A DNA stretch of 64,000 nucleotides from assembly GCA_963845085.1 (NCBI GenBank), contig CAWJQI010000004.1, positions 512,001-576,000 of the forward strand. The letters are read 5' to 3'. The number at the start of each line of letters is the position of its first letter. The stretch's first letter is position 1. Below are positions 47,057-56,066 of this stretch, piece after piece. A program made the translations under genes and the position numbers. This stretch comes from Candidatus Fermentibacterota bacterium (lineage in GTDB: Bacteria; Fermentibacterota; Fermentibacteria; Fermentibacterales; JCC-6). The notes beneath the pieces were generated by a model, which worked only from the letters and a program-made list of their open reading frames with translations, searched no databases and had not been told where the DNA came from.

Positions 47057-48293
47057 CCCCGGACGGATTATGGAGATAATCGCACAATGCCTTGAACATC
47101 CATCCCTGGCTCCAGCGCATGTGGATCTGTTCCTTCAGCATTCCTACCCGATTCTTCCGGAATCCGAAGCCATCGAGCCCTTCGATCCAGAGAAGCGTGA
47201 CCGCCCTTTCAAGCACTCTCTTCGCATCCTCCCTGAAGCCCGCCCTGTTCAGCGTGATTGCTCCCTGTGCAAAGCAGTGCGGATCGATCGGCCGGATCCT
47301 GTCACTGTAGTATTTCGCGGTGCCGTCTTCCGTGAACATGCTTGTTCTGTAGAAGTCCATGCCTCTTGCAACGGCTTGCCCGCATTCATGGCTGCCGACA
47401 AGGTCTGAAATGTCCTTCATGGCCTCCAGCACGAAGCCGGTGTGAAGGCCGTCGACCCATTGCCAGTGCTCTGCCTCTCCGTAAACCCAGCTTCCGTCCC
47501 CCCTCTGCCTTTTCAGAACGTATCTGCATGCTTCCCTGGCCGTGCGAACATAGTCCGCCGCTTTCTCCCCCCCCACGATCCCCGGAAAACTCGAGGCGCA
47601 TGCAAGTATGCGCGCGGCGAAAAGCGAGGCATTGAACACCCTCGAATCGTCTTTCGGGGAATAGCTGAAGATCAGACCGCTCCCGTCGGTGTGCCTGTTA
47701 AGCGAACCCATGACAAAAGCTGCAAGGCCCGCTGCAACAGGCGGGAAAAAAGAGCTTCCCGAATCACGCAGGGCATCGAGCACAAAGGCCGAGCAAACAG
47801 CGGTGGGAAACCAGGCCGGCTGCAGGAACGCCCTGCTCTGCCAGGGAAAATCGTAACCCCACCCTATCGGACCGGCCCCTGCCACTTCGGAAGGCGTGAT
47901 GTCGTTCCGGAACTCCCTGTCCGCAGAAAAGACGGGAGAACCATCCGGCCTGGAGGCAAGGCTCAAGAGCATTTGCGTAAGGTGCATCATGATGTTGCGT
48001 TCCGGGTCGCCTTCCCCCGGCGGACGGTGACCGGAGCGGAGGCCCAGCCCGGACAGGAACAGCGCAAGCCCCTTCGGGTTGCGGCCCTGCGGCACCAGTA
48101 GCACACGTCTGGGGTCAAACGGTGAATTCTTGACGATCTGGATTACGGCCAGGCGAAGCAGCCGGGACGAGCCAAGAACAGGCCGGAGAAGCCTGCTGTT
48201 CAGTCCGTCGTAGGGATCGGTTCCCCTGAAATCCCTCGATACGGCCCAGGAGAGGACGGTGTCGGCAATACGCCGAAATTCATCATTCTCCAT
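47034..48293 (-). CDS. Conserved hypothetical, predicted (alpha/alpha) barrel, typical of polysaccharide loci
   Basis: DPYDGLNS, NPKG..LF, WGYDFPWQSRAF, FSYSP, QR.DGSW.YG, WVD..HTGF, HMRWSQGWM. Confidence 0.7.
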   Translation of the reverse strand: MENDEFRRIADTVLSWAVSRDFRGTDPYDGLNSRLLRPVLGSSRLLRLAVIQIVKNSPFDPRRVLLVPQGRNPKGLALFLSGLGLRSGHRPPGEGDPERNIMMHLTQMLLSLASRPDGSPVFSADREFRNDITPSEVAGAGPIGWGYDFPWQSRAFLQPAWFPTAVCSAFVLDALRDSGSSFFPPVAAGLAAFVMGSLNRHTDGSGLIFSYSPKDDSRVFNASLFAARILACASSFPGIVGGEKAADYVRTAREACRYVLKRQRGDGSWVYGEAEHWQWVDGLHTGFVLEAMKDISDLVGSHECGQAVARGMDFYRTSMFTEDGTAKYYSDRIRPIDPHCFAQGAITLNRAGFREDAKRVLERAVTLLWIEGLDGFGFRKNRVGMLKEQIHMRWSQGWMFKALCDYLHNPSGGGREDLV

Positions 48294-48296
48294 GGA

Positions 48297-50459
48297 TCAG
48301 ATCTTCCCGGTGTCGACCTGTACCGCACGGCCGGTCCCAATGCTTTCAAGAACCGCAAAACTTGCGAGGGTGACCGCTGTCTGGGAATCCATGGAAATGG
48401 CCGGAATACCGGTTCGCACGGCGGAGACGAACGCCGCGATCTCCTCGGAATGCCCCTTGCCGCTGAACCTCTTCACGGTTCTTCCCGATCCTGCGTAAAG
48501 CTCCAGCCGGCTGAAGTTGTCGATCACGGCGCTCCGGCTGCCGCAAAAAACCTCGAACCTTTCCTTCGGCATCGATTTGCCGCCCTCTGCAAAATACCCG
48601 ATCGAACCCACCGAGCCATCCCCGAACCTGATGCTTATCACGGTGTTGTCCTCACGGACGACCGATTCGTCACGGGTATCGATGCAGAAGGCGTGAACGG
48701 CCACCGGGACTGAATCGGCGAAATAGTGCATGAGGTCGATGAAATGGCATGCTTCTCCGAGTATCCTTCCACCGCCCTGCGAAGTCTGGGTCCAGTGTGT
48801 CCGGGGGATGTGGCCTGCACTTATCCTGTAGAACATCGTAAGCGGTGCGTGGTCAATGCCGATGAACCTCTTCGCGGCCCCAGCAGCCGGTGAAAACCTT
48901 CTGTTGAAACCGACCTGAACCAGAGTGCCGGTCCCCCGCTGCAAGTCGCTGATCCGTCTCAACTCATCCCTCGAAAGGCACAGTGGTTTTTCCACGAAGA
49001 CGGGCTTCTCCGCCCGGATGCACGCAAGAACTGATTCAGCGTGTGTGTCGTGTCTTGTGGCGACCACTATGGCATGGGTTTCAGGATCGGCAAGGATCGC
49101 GTCGAGGCTGTCGACCGCTCGTCTGAATCCCAGCCTCTCGCCCGTATCAGCGGCGGTCAGCCCGCTGCGGGTGCACACCGCTGAAAAGTACACCTTGGGG
49201 TCCTTTGAGAGGGGTGGAAGCAGGAATGTCTGTGCAAACGAGCCGGGGCCTGCAACCGCCAGCCCTATCCTGTCAGCCGGAACCGGCTTTGCCGATGCAG
49301 AAAGTGCGACAGTGCCGGTCCGCCCCCTGACGGCGTCAGGATATTCTATCAGCATTCCACAGAAGGGTTCGCTCTTCCCGGAGATGATCTCGTAAGCCCC
49401 GGGCGAGTCATCAAAGCCGAAAACGTGGGTGGTGACGCTGACGGGATCGACCGCGCCCGAGGCCATGCAGTCAAGAACGGCTTCGAGGTTCCTGCCCTCC
49501 GTCCATCTGACGAAAGGGAAGGGGTAGTCGATTCCCTCTTCTTCGTATGTCGGATCGTACCTGCCGGGCCCGTACGAGCAGGACACGGTGAAACGGATTT
49601 CCTTGGTGTAGTAGTTCTCCCTCGGAATGTCCATTCCAACCGCGCCGACAACAACAACCCTGCCGCGCTTCCTTGCAAGATCCCCTGCAAGTTCCACGGG
49701 CTGATTGCCGGATGTTCCCGCGCAGATGATCACCATGTCGGCGCCCCTGCCGCGGGTGAAATCGCTTACCATCCCCTCGATGCCATCCCTGCCGGTCACC
49801 CCTCCGGCATGTATGGAACCCGTCCCGATGCCGAGTCTGACCTGGTTTTCATCGGTATCTGTCCCAAAAACACGGCATCCGTTCGATTTCAGCAGTTGGG
49901 CAGCAAGCTGCCCGACGATCCCCAGCCCGATGACCACAACCGATTCTCCAAGCGTCGGTTCCAAAAGCCGAACCCCCTGCAGGGAGATCGAGGCAATGGT
50001 AGCGTATGCGGCGGCCCTCGGATCAACAGCATGCGGGAGCCTTACGACAAGGTTCCTGGGAACGACAACCTCATCCGCATGATTCGCGTACCCGCCTCCT
50101 GCGCAGGCGACCAGATCGCCGACCTCGAGGCCGGCAATTCCCGGCGGAAGTTCTGTCACGACTCCGCAGAGGCTGTAACCAAGAGGCTGTGCTCCCTCGA
50201 GCTTGCTCCGGACTTTCAGATATGTGGCCTTAAGCCCCATCGACCTTGCCATTCCGACGACCTGCATGGCCTGGGCCGGTTTCGCCCTGGCCTTGCCGAG
50301 CAGGGACATCCTGCCGGTGATCACCTTTGCGCCCTCGGTACCGGCGCTGATGGCGGAGTAAAGAGTTCTCACCCGCACAAATCCCTGAATCAGAACGGGA
50401 TCGGGAGCCTCAAACACGCGGACGGAACCGTCGCTGAGTTTCTGCCCAAGGATCTTCAA
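48297..50459 (-). CDS. Bi-domain oxidoreductase (MDR/ADH-like plus Gfo/Idh/MocA)
   Basis: ISAGTE, LGYS, GLGIVG, SCSYGPGRYD, RWTEGRN; then ATRHDTH, FVEKP, VGFNRRF, GEACHFID. TTG 50459 after GGAGG. Confidence 0.92.
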   Translation of the reverse strand: MKILGQKLSDGSVRVFEAPDPVLIQGFVRVRTLYSAISAGTEGAKVITGRMSLLGKARAKPAQAMQVVGMARSMGLKATYLKVRSKLEGAQPLGYSLCGVVTELPPGIAGLEVGDLVACAGGGYANHADEVVVPRNLVVRLPHAVDPRAAAYATIASISLQGVRLLEPTLGESVVVIGLGIVGQLAAQLLKSNGCRVFGTDTDENQVRLGIGTGSIHAGGVTGRDGIEGMVSDFTRGRGADMVIICAGTSGNQPVELAGDLARKRGRVVVVGAVGMDIPRENYYTKEIRFTVSCSYGPGRYDPTYEEEGIDYPFPFVRWTEGRNLEAVLDCMASGAVDPVSVTTHVFGFDDSPGAYEIISGKSEPFCGMLIEYPDAVRGRTGTVALSASAKPVPADRIGLAVAGPGSFAQTFLLPPLSKDPKVYFSAVCTRSGLTAADTGERLGFRRAVDSLDAILADPETHAIVVATRHDTHAESVLACIRAEKPVFVEKPLCLSRDELRRISDLQRGTGTLVQVGFNRRFSPAAGAAKRFIGIDHAPLTMFYRISAGHIPRTHWTQTSQGGGRILGEACHFIDLMHYFADSVPVAVHAFCIDTRDESVVREDNTVISIRFGDGSVGSIGYFAEGGKSMPKERFEVFCGSRSAVIDNFSRLELYAGSGRTVKRFSGKGHSEEIAAFVSAVRTGIPAISMDSQTAVTLASFAVLESIGTGRAVQVDTGKI

Positions 50460-50526
50460 GCGTCTCGCCTCCAATTATGGTGTTCAACACTGCAAGAATA
50501 ACTCAGGGCCGGGCATTTCGAAAGAC

Positions 50527-50563
50527 CCGCCGTCGCCTGCCCGCGGAAAGGCAGGGGCGGCGG
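50527..50563 (-). terminator. Intrinsic-terminator-like hairpin after the MBOAT gene
   Basis: Minus strand CCGCCGCC-CCTGCC...GGCAGG-C-GACGGCGG then GTCTTT, 3 nt past the stop. Confidence 0.55.
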
Positions 50564-50566
50564 TAT

Positions 50567-52000
50567 TCAGAACTGCGCGTAGATGAAGCCGTTGCTTCCA
50601 AACGCCCCGAACACCGCAACGAGAATGATGGCAGCCTCGTAGATCACCCACCGGACGAAAACGGGAAAACCTTCGACCGCAAGAAAATGTTCCTTGTCAC
50701 GCTGGAACCACTCGATGACAAGAAGAAGGAAACAGGCGAGCAGCATCGGAAGGAATGACCCGTACTCGAGCGACAGGAAGGGATGGCTGACCGCCCGTGC
50801 AAGAAACCCGACCGCCTGGCTGAAGGAATCAGCCATGAAAAAAACCCATGCGAACGAGGTCATGAGGAATGTGAAAGCCATTGCCCGGCCCTCCCTGAAT
50901 GTGGGTGTGACCCGGCCGGCTGCCGGCAGGCCGATGTACCTGGGGTGCATTTTCCTGAGGGTCAGGGGCAGGAAGTAAAGGCCGTGCAGAAAGCCCCAGA
51001 AGACAAAGGTCCATGCGGGTTCATGCCACAGGCCGCACAGCGCAAAGGTGAAAACGATGCATGCCGCCTTCCTGCGGCGTGAAGGCCGTATCCCGCACAT
51101 CGGCACATAAAGGTAATCCCGTAGCCAGGATGATAGCGAGATGTGCCACCGCCTCCAGAACTCGGCGATGTCCCTTGAGAAGAATGGTACAGAGAAGTTC
51201 CGCATCGACCTGAACCCAAGGAGCTTTCCGATCCCGATCGCGAGATCGGAATAGCCTGCAAAATCGCAGTAAAGCTGCATTGCCGCAAAGAACACGCCGA
51301 TTACGAGGCTTAGGCCGTCGTAGTTTCCGTAGTTCGAGAACAGCTCGCCAACAACAGGCACCAGGTTGTCGGCTATGATCAGCTTTTTCATCAAGCCGGA
51401 CAGGATCTGCCTGAGACCGTCGCGCGCCTGTGCGTTGCTGAACTCCCGTCTTTCCAGAAACTGTGGAAGCAGCGTGCCGGCCCTGTCTATGGGGCCCGCC
51501 AGAAGTTGCGGAAAGAATGCCACAAAGGAGAAAAAGGCCACCGGGTCGCGAGTGGGCTCAATGGTTTCACGGTAGATGTCGATCGTGTACGACAGCCTTT
51601 TGAAGGTAAAATAGCTTATGCCTACCGGCATTATTATGCCAAGACTTACCGGATTTGATTCAAGACCGAAAAGGCCGAGGAATCCGGCAGCGGATTCGAG
51701 AAAGAAGCCGAGGTACTTGAAATAACCCAGAAGGGCGAGATTCACGAACAGGCTTGACCGGATCAGGGCTTTTCTTCGCGCGGCTCTGCGCTCCGTGCCG
51801 AGACGTGACCCGATGAAGAAATCGATGGCTGTACCGCCGAAAAGAAGGGCTGCAAACCGCAGGTCAAGGGTCGCGTAGAAAAAATAGCTCGAAACGAGAA
51901 GAAGCAGGTTCTGAGCGCGGCTGCCTGCCTTCCCCATGCTCCAGTACAGTGCGAACACTATCGGGAAGAAAACAATGAACCAGGTCGAGGTGAACTGCAT
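50567..52000 (-). CDS. MBOAT O-acyltransferase (AlgI/PatA-like)
   Basis: PVGISYFTF, FFPQLLAGPI, YCDFAGYSD, FWRRWHISLSSW.RDY.Y, GLWH, FIYAQF. Confidence 0.93.
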   Translation of the reverse strand: MQFTSTWFIVFFPIVFALYWSMGKAGSRAQNLLLLVSSYFFYATLDLRFAALLFGGTAIDFFIGSRLGTERRAARRKALIRSSLFVNLALLGYFKYLGFFLESAAGFLGLFGLESNPVSLGIIMPVGISYFTFKRLSYTIDIYRETIEPTRDPVAFFSFVAFFPQLLAGPIDRAGTLLPQFLERREFSNAQARDGLRQILSGLMKKLIIADNLVPVVGELFSNYGNYDGLSLVIGVFFAAMQLYCDFAGYSDLAIGIGKLLGFRSMRNFSVPFFSRDIAEFWRRWHISLSSWLRDYLYVPMCGIRPSRRRKAACIVFTFALCGLWHEPAWTFVFWGFLHGLYFLPLTLRKMHPRYIGLPAAGRVTPTFREGRAMAFTFLMTSFAWVFFMADSFSQAVGFLARAVSHPFLSLEYGSFLPMLLACFLLLVIEWFQRDKEHFLAVEGFPVFVRWVIYEAAIILVAVFGAFGSNGFIYAQF

Positions 52001-52065
52001 CAGCAGCCCGGCTCTTTCAGTTGGCGCAAGGGCAAACGGTTACCTCCGAAACGCACACAGGCATA

Positions 52066-53124
52066 TCAGAACAGGTCACGCAGACTGGGATAAACAGCTT
52101 CGGCGATCACACGGTTGGCGTAGGCGTCCCAGTGCGGATTGTCCTTCAGGGAAAACCACCGGCCGTCCCGGGCGAATGCCTCGGAATAGTACCCGGACAG
52201 CTCCAACAGACGGATGCCCGGATACCCTTCAACAGCTTCCCTGAGGGCGATCACATCATCGAAGACCTCTTCATCGCCATATTCGTAAATCCACGACCTC
52301 GGGCAGTCCGCAACGATCAGCACGGGACGGCCGAATGAACTCAGTTCGTCAAGCAGGAATTCCGTCTCGGCAGCGATGCGTGGCGAAGGCTGGTCTTCGG
52401 GGACCGGCCCGTTCCCGGGTCGCTCCAGCTCGGCATTCGCGTCGGCCAGCCCTCCCCCGAAAATCGGAACAAGGGCATTAACACGCAGGTACCTGACGAA
52501 TGCACTCCTCAAAAGCAGATCCTTCAGGAAGTTCCTCGTCCGGGCGTCGGGTCGCTCCTCGACAAAGCACCCCGGCGCGGTTTCAGAGTACTGGAAGAAG
52601 TAGGGATGCTTTCCGCCGGATTCCCTGAAACTCGATGCGATGTCTGATGCGTTCACGAAGATTATGTAGGCGTCGGGCGAGTACTGCTCCACCTCGTATC
52701 TCATGAGAGCGACGTACTGGGAAAGCATGCCGCCCGACATCGCAAATGTGTAGAAGCAAACGGAATCGTCGAACATCTCCGTCAGGTGAACATCGATGTG
52801 CTCATCGACATCCGAGTAGAAACCCTCCAGGTATGAATCCCCGAGTATCGCTGCCATGGGCGCGTCCCTCTCTTCAGCGGTTTCGTACTCGTAAACGCTG
52901 TTCCATCCCTGGCCGTTGATCGACCATTCAAACCCGCCCCGGCAATACCTCCCGTATGTGAACCTTCCGCGGGTGAAACTCCCGCTGTCGAACCTTCTAA
53001 TGCCCGACCCTAGAATGACTCCCTTCGGCCAGTCACATGCAGGCAGCACGAATCTGAAGAACAATTCGAGCACGACAGCCGTGCCCAGAACGAAAAGAAG
53101 CCCGTGTGCAAGAAATCTTTTCAC
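52066..53124 (-). CDS. Membrane-anchored SGNH-like protein, probable MBOAT partner
   Basis: N-terminal TM ending LELFFR, block I LGDSY.EG, C-terminal DNPHW; GTG 53124. Confidence 0.65.
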   Translation of the reverse strand: MKRFLAHGLLFVLGTAVVLELFFRFVLPACDWPKGVILGSGIRRFDSGSFTRGRFTYGRYCRGGFEWSINGQGWNSVYEYETAEERDAPMAAILGDSYLEGFYSDVDEHIDVHLTEMFDDSVCFYTFAMSGGMLSQYVALMRYEVEQYSPDAYIIFVNASDIASSFRESGGKHPYFFQYSETAPGCFVEERPDARTRNFLKDLLLRSAFVRYLRVNALVPIFGGGLADANAELERPGNGPVPEDQPSPRIAAETEFLLDELSSFGRPVLIVADCPRSWIYEYGDEEVFDDVIALREAVEGYPGIRLLELSGYYSEAFARDGRWFSLKDNPHWDAYANRVIAEAVYPSLRDLF

Positions 53125-53340
53125 TGATCTCCGGTGTTCATACCCGACACCCGGCGGGAAAGCAGACCGCAGTGTGGAAGGCGTGGCCACCATAAGAAAA
53201 TGATCCCGGTGGCACAACCTGCCGCGCCGGCGGACAAGGTCCTGCGGGCAGCACGCCGTGCATCCCTTCTTAAGGCTCTTGGAGGAGACGAGCCGCTTGG
53301 GCCACCCCGCTTCTTTATGTATTGTTGCACGGGAGGTTCG

Positions 53341-53793
53341 GTGAAAAAGCTGTTTTTCGACATCGTGGACAGTCTCCTGACGGGTCTTACGCTTCAAGCG
53401 CTGCTACTTTTCATCTGGTTCTCGCTGGTTGCGGGACTCGTGGCTGCGATAGTCGACCTGGTTCAGTTCTTCCGGTACAGCGCCGCATTCCCGGACGGCG
53501 ACTTCTCCCCGGTGGCAACTGCCGGTGCGGCGGCAGTGCTCATGTTCGGATTCTCCCTGTGGGGCGCCATTGCGATCCACAGGAAAAAGCGCCGCCTTAC
53601 AGCGCTTCGTCTCGGGGTTTCCACTGCCATGGCGTTTCTGCTCGCCTTTCTTCCCCGCCCTGCCATCGGGACCGGTGTAAGGACTGACCTTTTCGCTTTT
53701 CTGGGAGGGCTCGGTGCCCTGGGCGTAGTGCTTCTCATAGTGACTGACCCCGGTTCCCGGCAGGATGGATCGGATGCCGATGAAAGGGTTTGA
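53341..53793 (+). CDS. Hypothetical membrane protein (about 4 TM)
   Basis: GGGAGG then GTG AAA AAG; four hydrophobic segments. Confidence 0.6.
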   Translation: MKKLFFDIVDSLLTGLTLQALLLFIWFSLVAGLVAAIVDLVQFFRYSAAFPDGDFSPVATAGAAAVLMFGFSLWGAIAIHRKKRRLTALRLGVSTAMAFLLAFLPRPAIGTGVRTDLFAFLGGLGALGVVLLIVTDPGSRQDGSDADERV

Positions 53794-54745
53794 ACCGCCC
53801 GATGGGATAACCCGGGCCGCATGCAGATGGCTCGGCGCAGGCGCGAAAAGGGGCGGTTACGAAGGCCCGGAGCCCGGTGGAGGGCATAACCTGTTCCCGC
53901 TTCTTTCCATGGAATTTGGAAAAAGGGAGGCGTTCCTTCTCTCCTCCGCCCAATGGTTCCGCCAGGAACAGATACTTGGGCCTTTGTTGAAAATGCTTTC
54001 CGACGAAGGGGAAGCGCTCTGGGCTTTCAAGGGCTTCGATCTGGCGAGAAGCGTCTACCCCTTTCCCGAGGGAAGACCCATGGGTGATGCGGATCTTTAC
54101 GTCGAGGCGGGCAACCTTCGGGGGGTGCTGAATGCCTTCCGAAGATGCGGATGGTCAATGCGGTCTCCGGGCGACGGCATTTTCTTCTCCGGGATTATTT
54201 CCGAGATGAAGATGGAGAAACACGGAATCATCGCGGAACTGCATACGCACATATTCTATTTTCCGGCAACATTTCCCGGAAGGCTTCCGGCCGACATGTT
54301 CGAGAACGGCCGCCCCCTCGGCCCGGGGCTCAAGGGGTTTTCCTGGCACAACGCCCTGCTGATGGTGCTGATCCACATGCTGGTCAACGCCGACATCAGG
54401 CCGTACTGGTGGGTCGATGCATTCCTGCTCTGCGGCAGGACCACCAGTGAGGAGGGCTGGGGAAAATTCGCGAGGAACGCCGCCGGAACAAGGCTCGGAC
54501 ACTCGATCTCCTCCATTCTTGCAGTTGCGGCAGAGACTCTCGACGCCCCAGTGCCGGAAGCCGTCATCCGGGAGCTCGGAAGGTGCGACGCATCCCGGGA
54601 GCTCATACTCGAGCGACTGAAAACGCGGAGGAAGGCGCCCTCCCTCCTCAACATGGTGCACCTCCAGGGCTGGAAAAGGCTGTCATGGATTCCTGCCGTA
54701 TTGTGGAACGCCTTCACGCAGCGGGAGGATCAGAGGGGGAATTGA
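53765..54745 (+). CDS. Nucleotidyltransferase family protein (NTP_transf_5-like)
   Basis: FKG..LA..VYP....RPMGDADLYV (DxD), ELH, W..D; start may be 53774 or 53780. Confidence 0.78.
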   Translation: MDRMPMKGFEPPDGITRAACRWLGAGAKRGGYEGPEPGGGHNLFPLLSMEFGKREAFLLSSAQWFRQEQILGPLLKMLSDEGEALWAFKGFDLARSVYPFPEGRPMGDADLYVEAGNLRGVLNAFRRCGWSMRSPGDGIFFSGIISEMKMEKHGIIAELHTHIFYFPATFPGRLPADMFENGRPLGPGLKGFSWHNALLMVLIHMLVNADIRPYWWVDAFLLCGRTTSEEGWGKFARNAAGTRLGHSISSILAVAAETLDAPVPEAVIRELGRCDASRELILERLKTRRKAPSLLNMVHLQGWKRLSWIPAVLWNAFTQREDQRGN

Positions 54746-54795
54746 CGCATTGCCGCCCTGCTGTATTGTCATCCCCGAACAACCTGGAGGGAAAA

Positions 54796-55554
54796 ATGCT
54801 GCACAACGAAGTGATCGATTCGCTCATGAACCGGAAATCAATTCGAAGGTACAAAGCAGATTCTCCGTCCGACGAGGTCGTGGAGTCGGTGGTGCGCGCA
54901 GGACAGCAGGCTCCGTTCGCCATGCAGCTAGGAAGCGTTCTCCTCTCGCGCAGGCCCGAATCGAATCCGTTCAGGGCGCCGCTTTGTTTCACGATCTGCG
55001 TGGACGTCCACAGAATGGAAAAGGTCATGGAGAAAAGAGGCTGGAAGAGGAACGCCTCGGACCTCTACACTCTCCTGTTCGGCATGCAGGACGCCTGCTA
55101 CATGGCCCAGAACATGGTTGTCGCCGCCGAAAGCCTCGGACTCGGAAGCTGCTACATCGGTGGCGCCCCGTTCATGGCCGGCAAGATCCGCACGCAGTTC
55201 GGGCTTCCGGAAGGCGTTTTCCCCCTCGTCATGCTCTCCATGGGTTACCCGGATGAAGAGCCGCCTGTGCGTCCCCGATATCCCATGTCCTTCCACCTGT
55301 TCGAGGGTTCGTACCCCGAGCTCAGCGATGAGAGGGTGACCGAGGCCATGGAGGCAATGGACCAGGGCTACCTCGAGCAGGAGTACTACAGAAGGGCCGA
55401 TTTCATGATCCCGCTTCCGGAGGGGATGGATGAAAGTTTCACCTTCGACGACTACAGCTGGACCGAGCACATCTCGCGGAAGCTCGGCCTCTGGGGCGCC
55501 GACCCCTCTCATATCATCGGCATTCTTGCCGAGTGCGGCTTTGACATTACATGA
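54796..55554 (+). CDS. Nitroreductase (NfsA/FRP-like)
   Basis: RKSIRRY, AQNMVVAAESLGLGSCYIG, GYPDE...RPR. Confidence 0.9.
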   Translation: MLHNEVIDSLMNRKSIRRYKADSPSDEVVESVVRAGQQAPFAMQLGSVLLSRRPESNPFRAPLCFTICVDVHRMEKVMEKRGWKRNASDLYTLLFGMQDACYMAQNMVVAAESLGLGSCYIGGAPFMAGKIRTQFGLPEGVFPLVMLSMGYPDEEPPVRPRYPMSFHLFEGSYPELSDERVTEAMEAMDQGYLEQEYYRRADFMIPLPEGMDESFTFDDYSWTEHISRKLGLWGADPSHIIGILAECGFDIT

Positions 55555-55574
55555 ATCCGTCGAACGGAGGCAGC

Positions 55575-56066
55575 ATGAAAAAGCTTGTGGTTTTCTACTC
55601 GCTCGAGGGCAATACACGGCTTGTGGCGAAAACGATAGCCGAGGCCTCGGGTGCCGACCTGCTCGAGTTGAAGCCCGCCCTTGCCCCGCCCTCCAGGGGT
55701 TTCAAAAAGTACTTCTGGGGAGGGCGTGCCGCGTTGATGCACGCGAAACCCGGGCTTGCACCCTTCGAAGTGGACCCTTCATCATACGACATGCTTTTCA
55801 TAGGAACGCCGGTATGGGCATGGACCTTCGCCCCCCCGATGAACACCTTCCTCTCCGGTCAGGACCTGTCCGGAAAAAAGATTGCCCTCTTCTGCTGCCA
55901 TGGCGGAGGTCCGGGCCGGATATTCCAGAAGATGCGTGCAGCAATGCCGGGAGGGGTTTTTCTTGGCGAAATGGACTTTCAGGAACCGCTTGCGCATGAA
56001 ACCGAGGCGGAGATGAAAAAAGCACGGGAATGGGCGCTATCGATTCTGGGCAGCCCCGGTTTGTGA
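55575..56066 (+). CDS. Flavodoxin family protein
   Basis: FYSLEGNT, IGTPVW, FCCHGG; GGAGG RBS. Confidence 0.9.
   Translation: MKKLVVFYSLEGNTRLVAKTIAEASGADLLELKPALAPPSRGFKKYFWGGRAALMHAKPGLAPFEVDPSSYDMLFIGTPVWAWTFAPPMNTFLSGQDLSGKKIALFCCHGGGPGRIFQKMRAAMPGGVFLGEMDFQEPLAHETEAEMKKAREWALSILGSPGL

Noticed and set aside
48291..48299. In-frame TGA TCC ATG between the oxidoreductase and the next gene, possible Sec
   Set aside because: Stop is at the natural end of the family, an ATG follows, and no domain is split or Cys context present.
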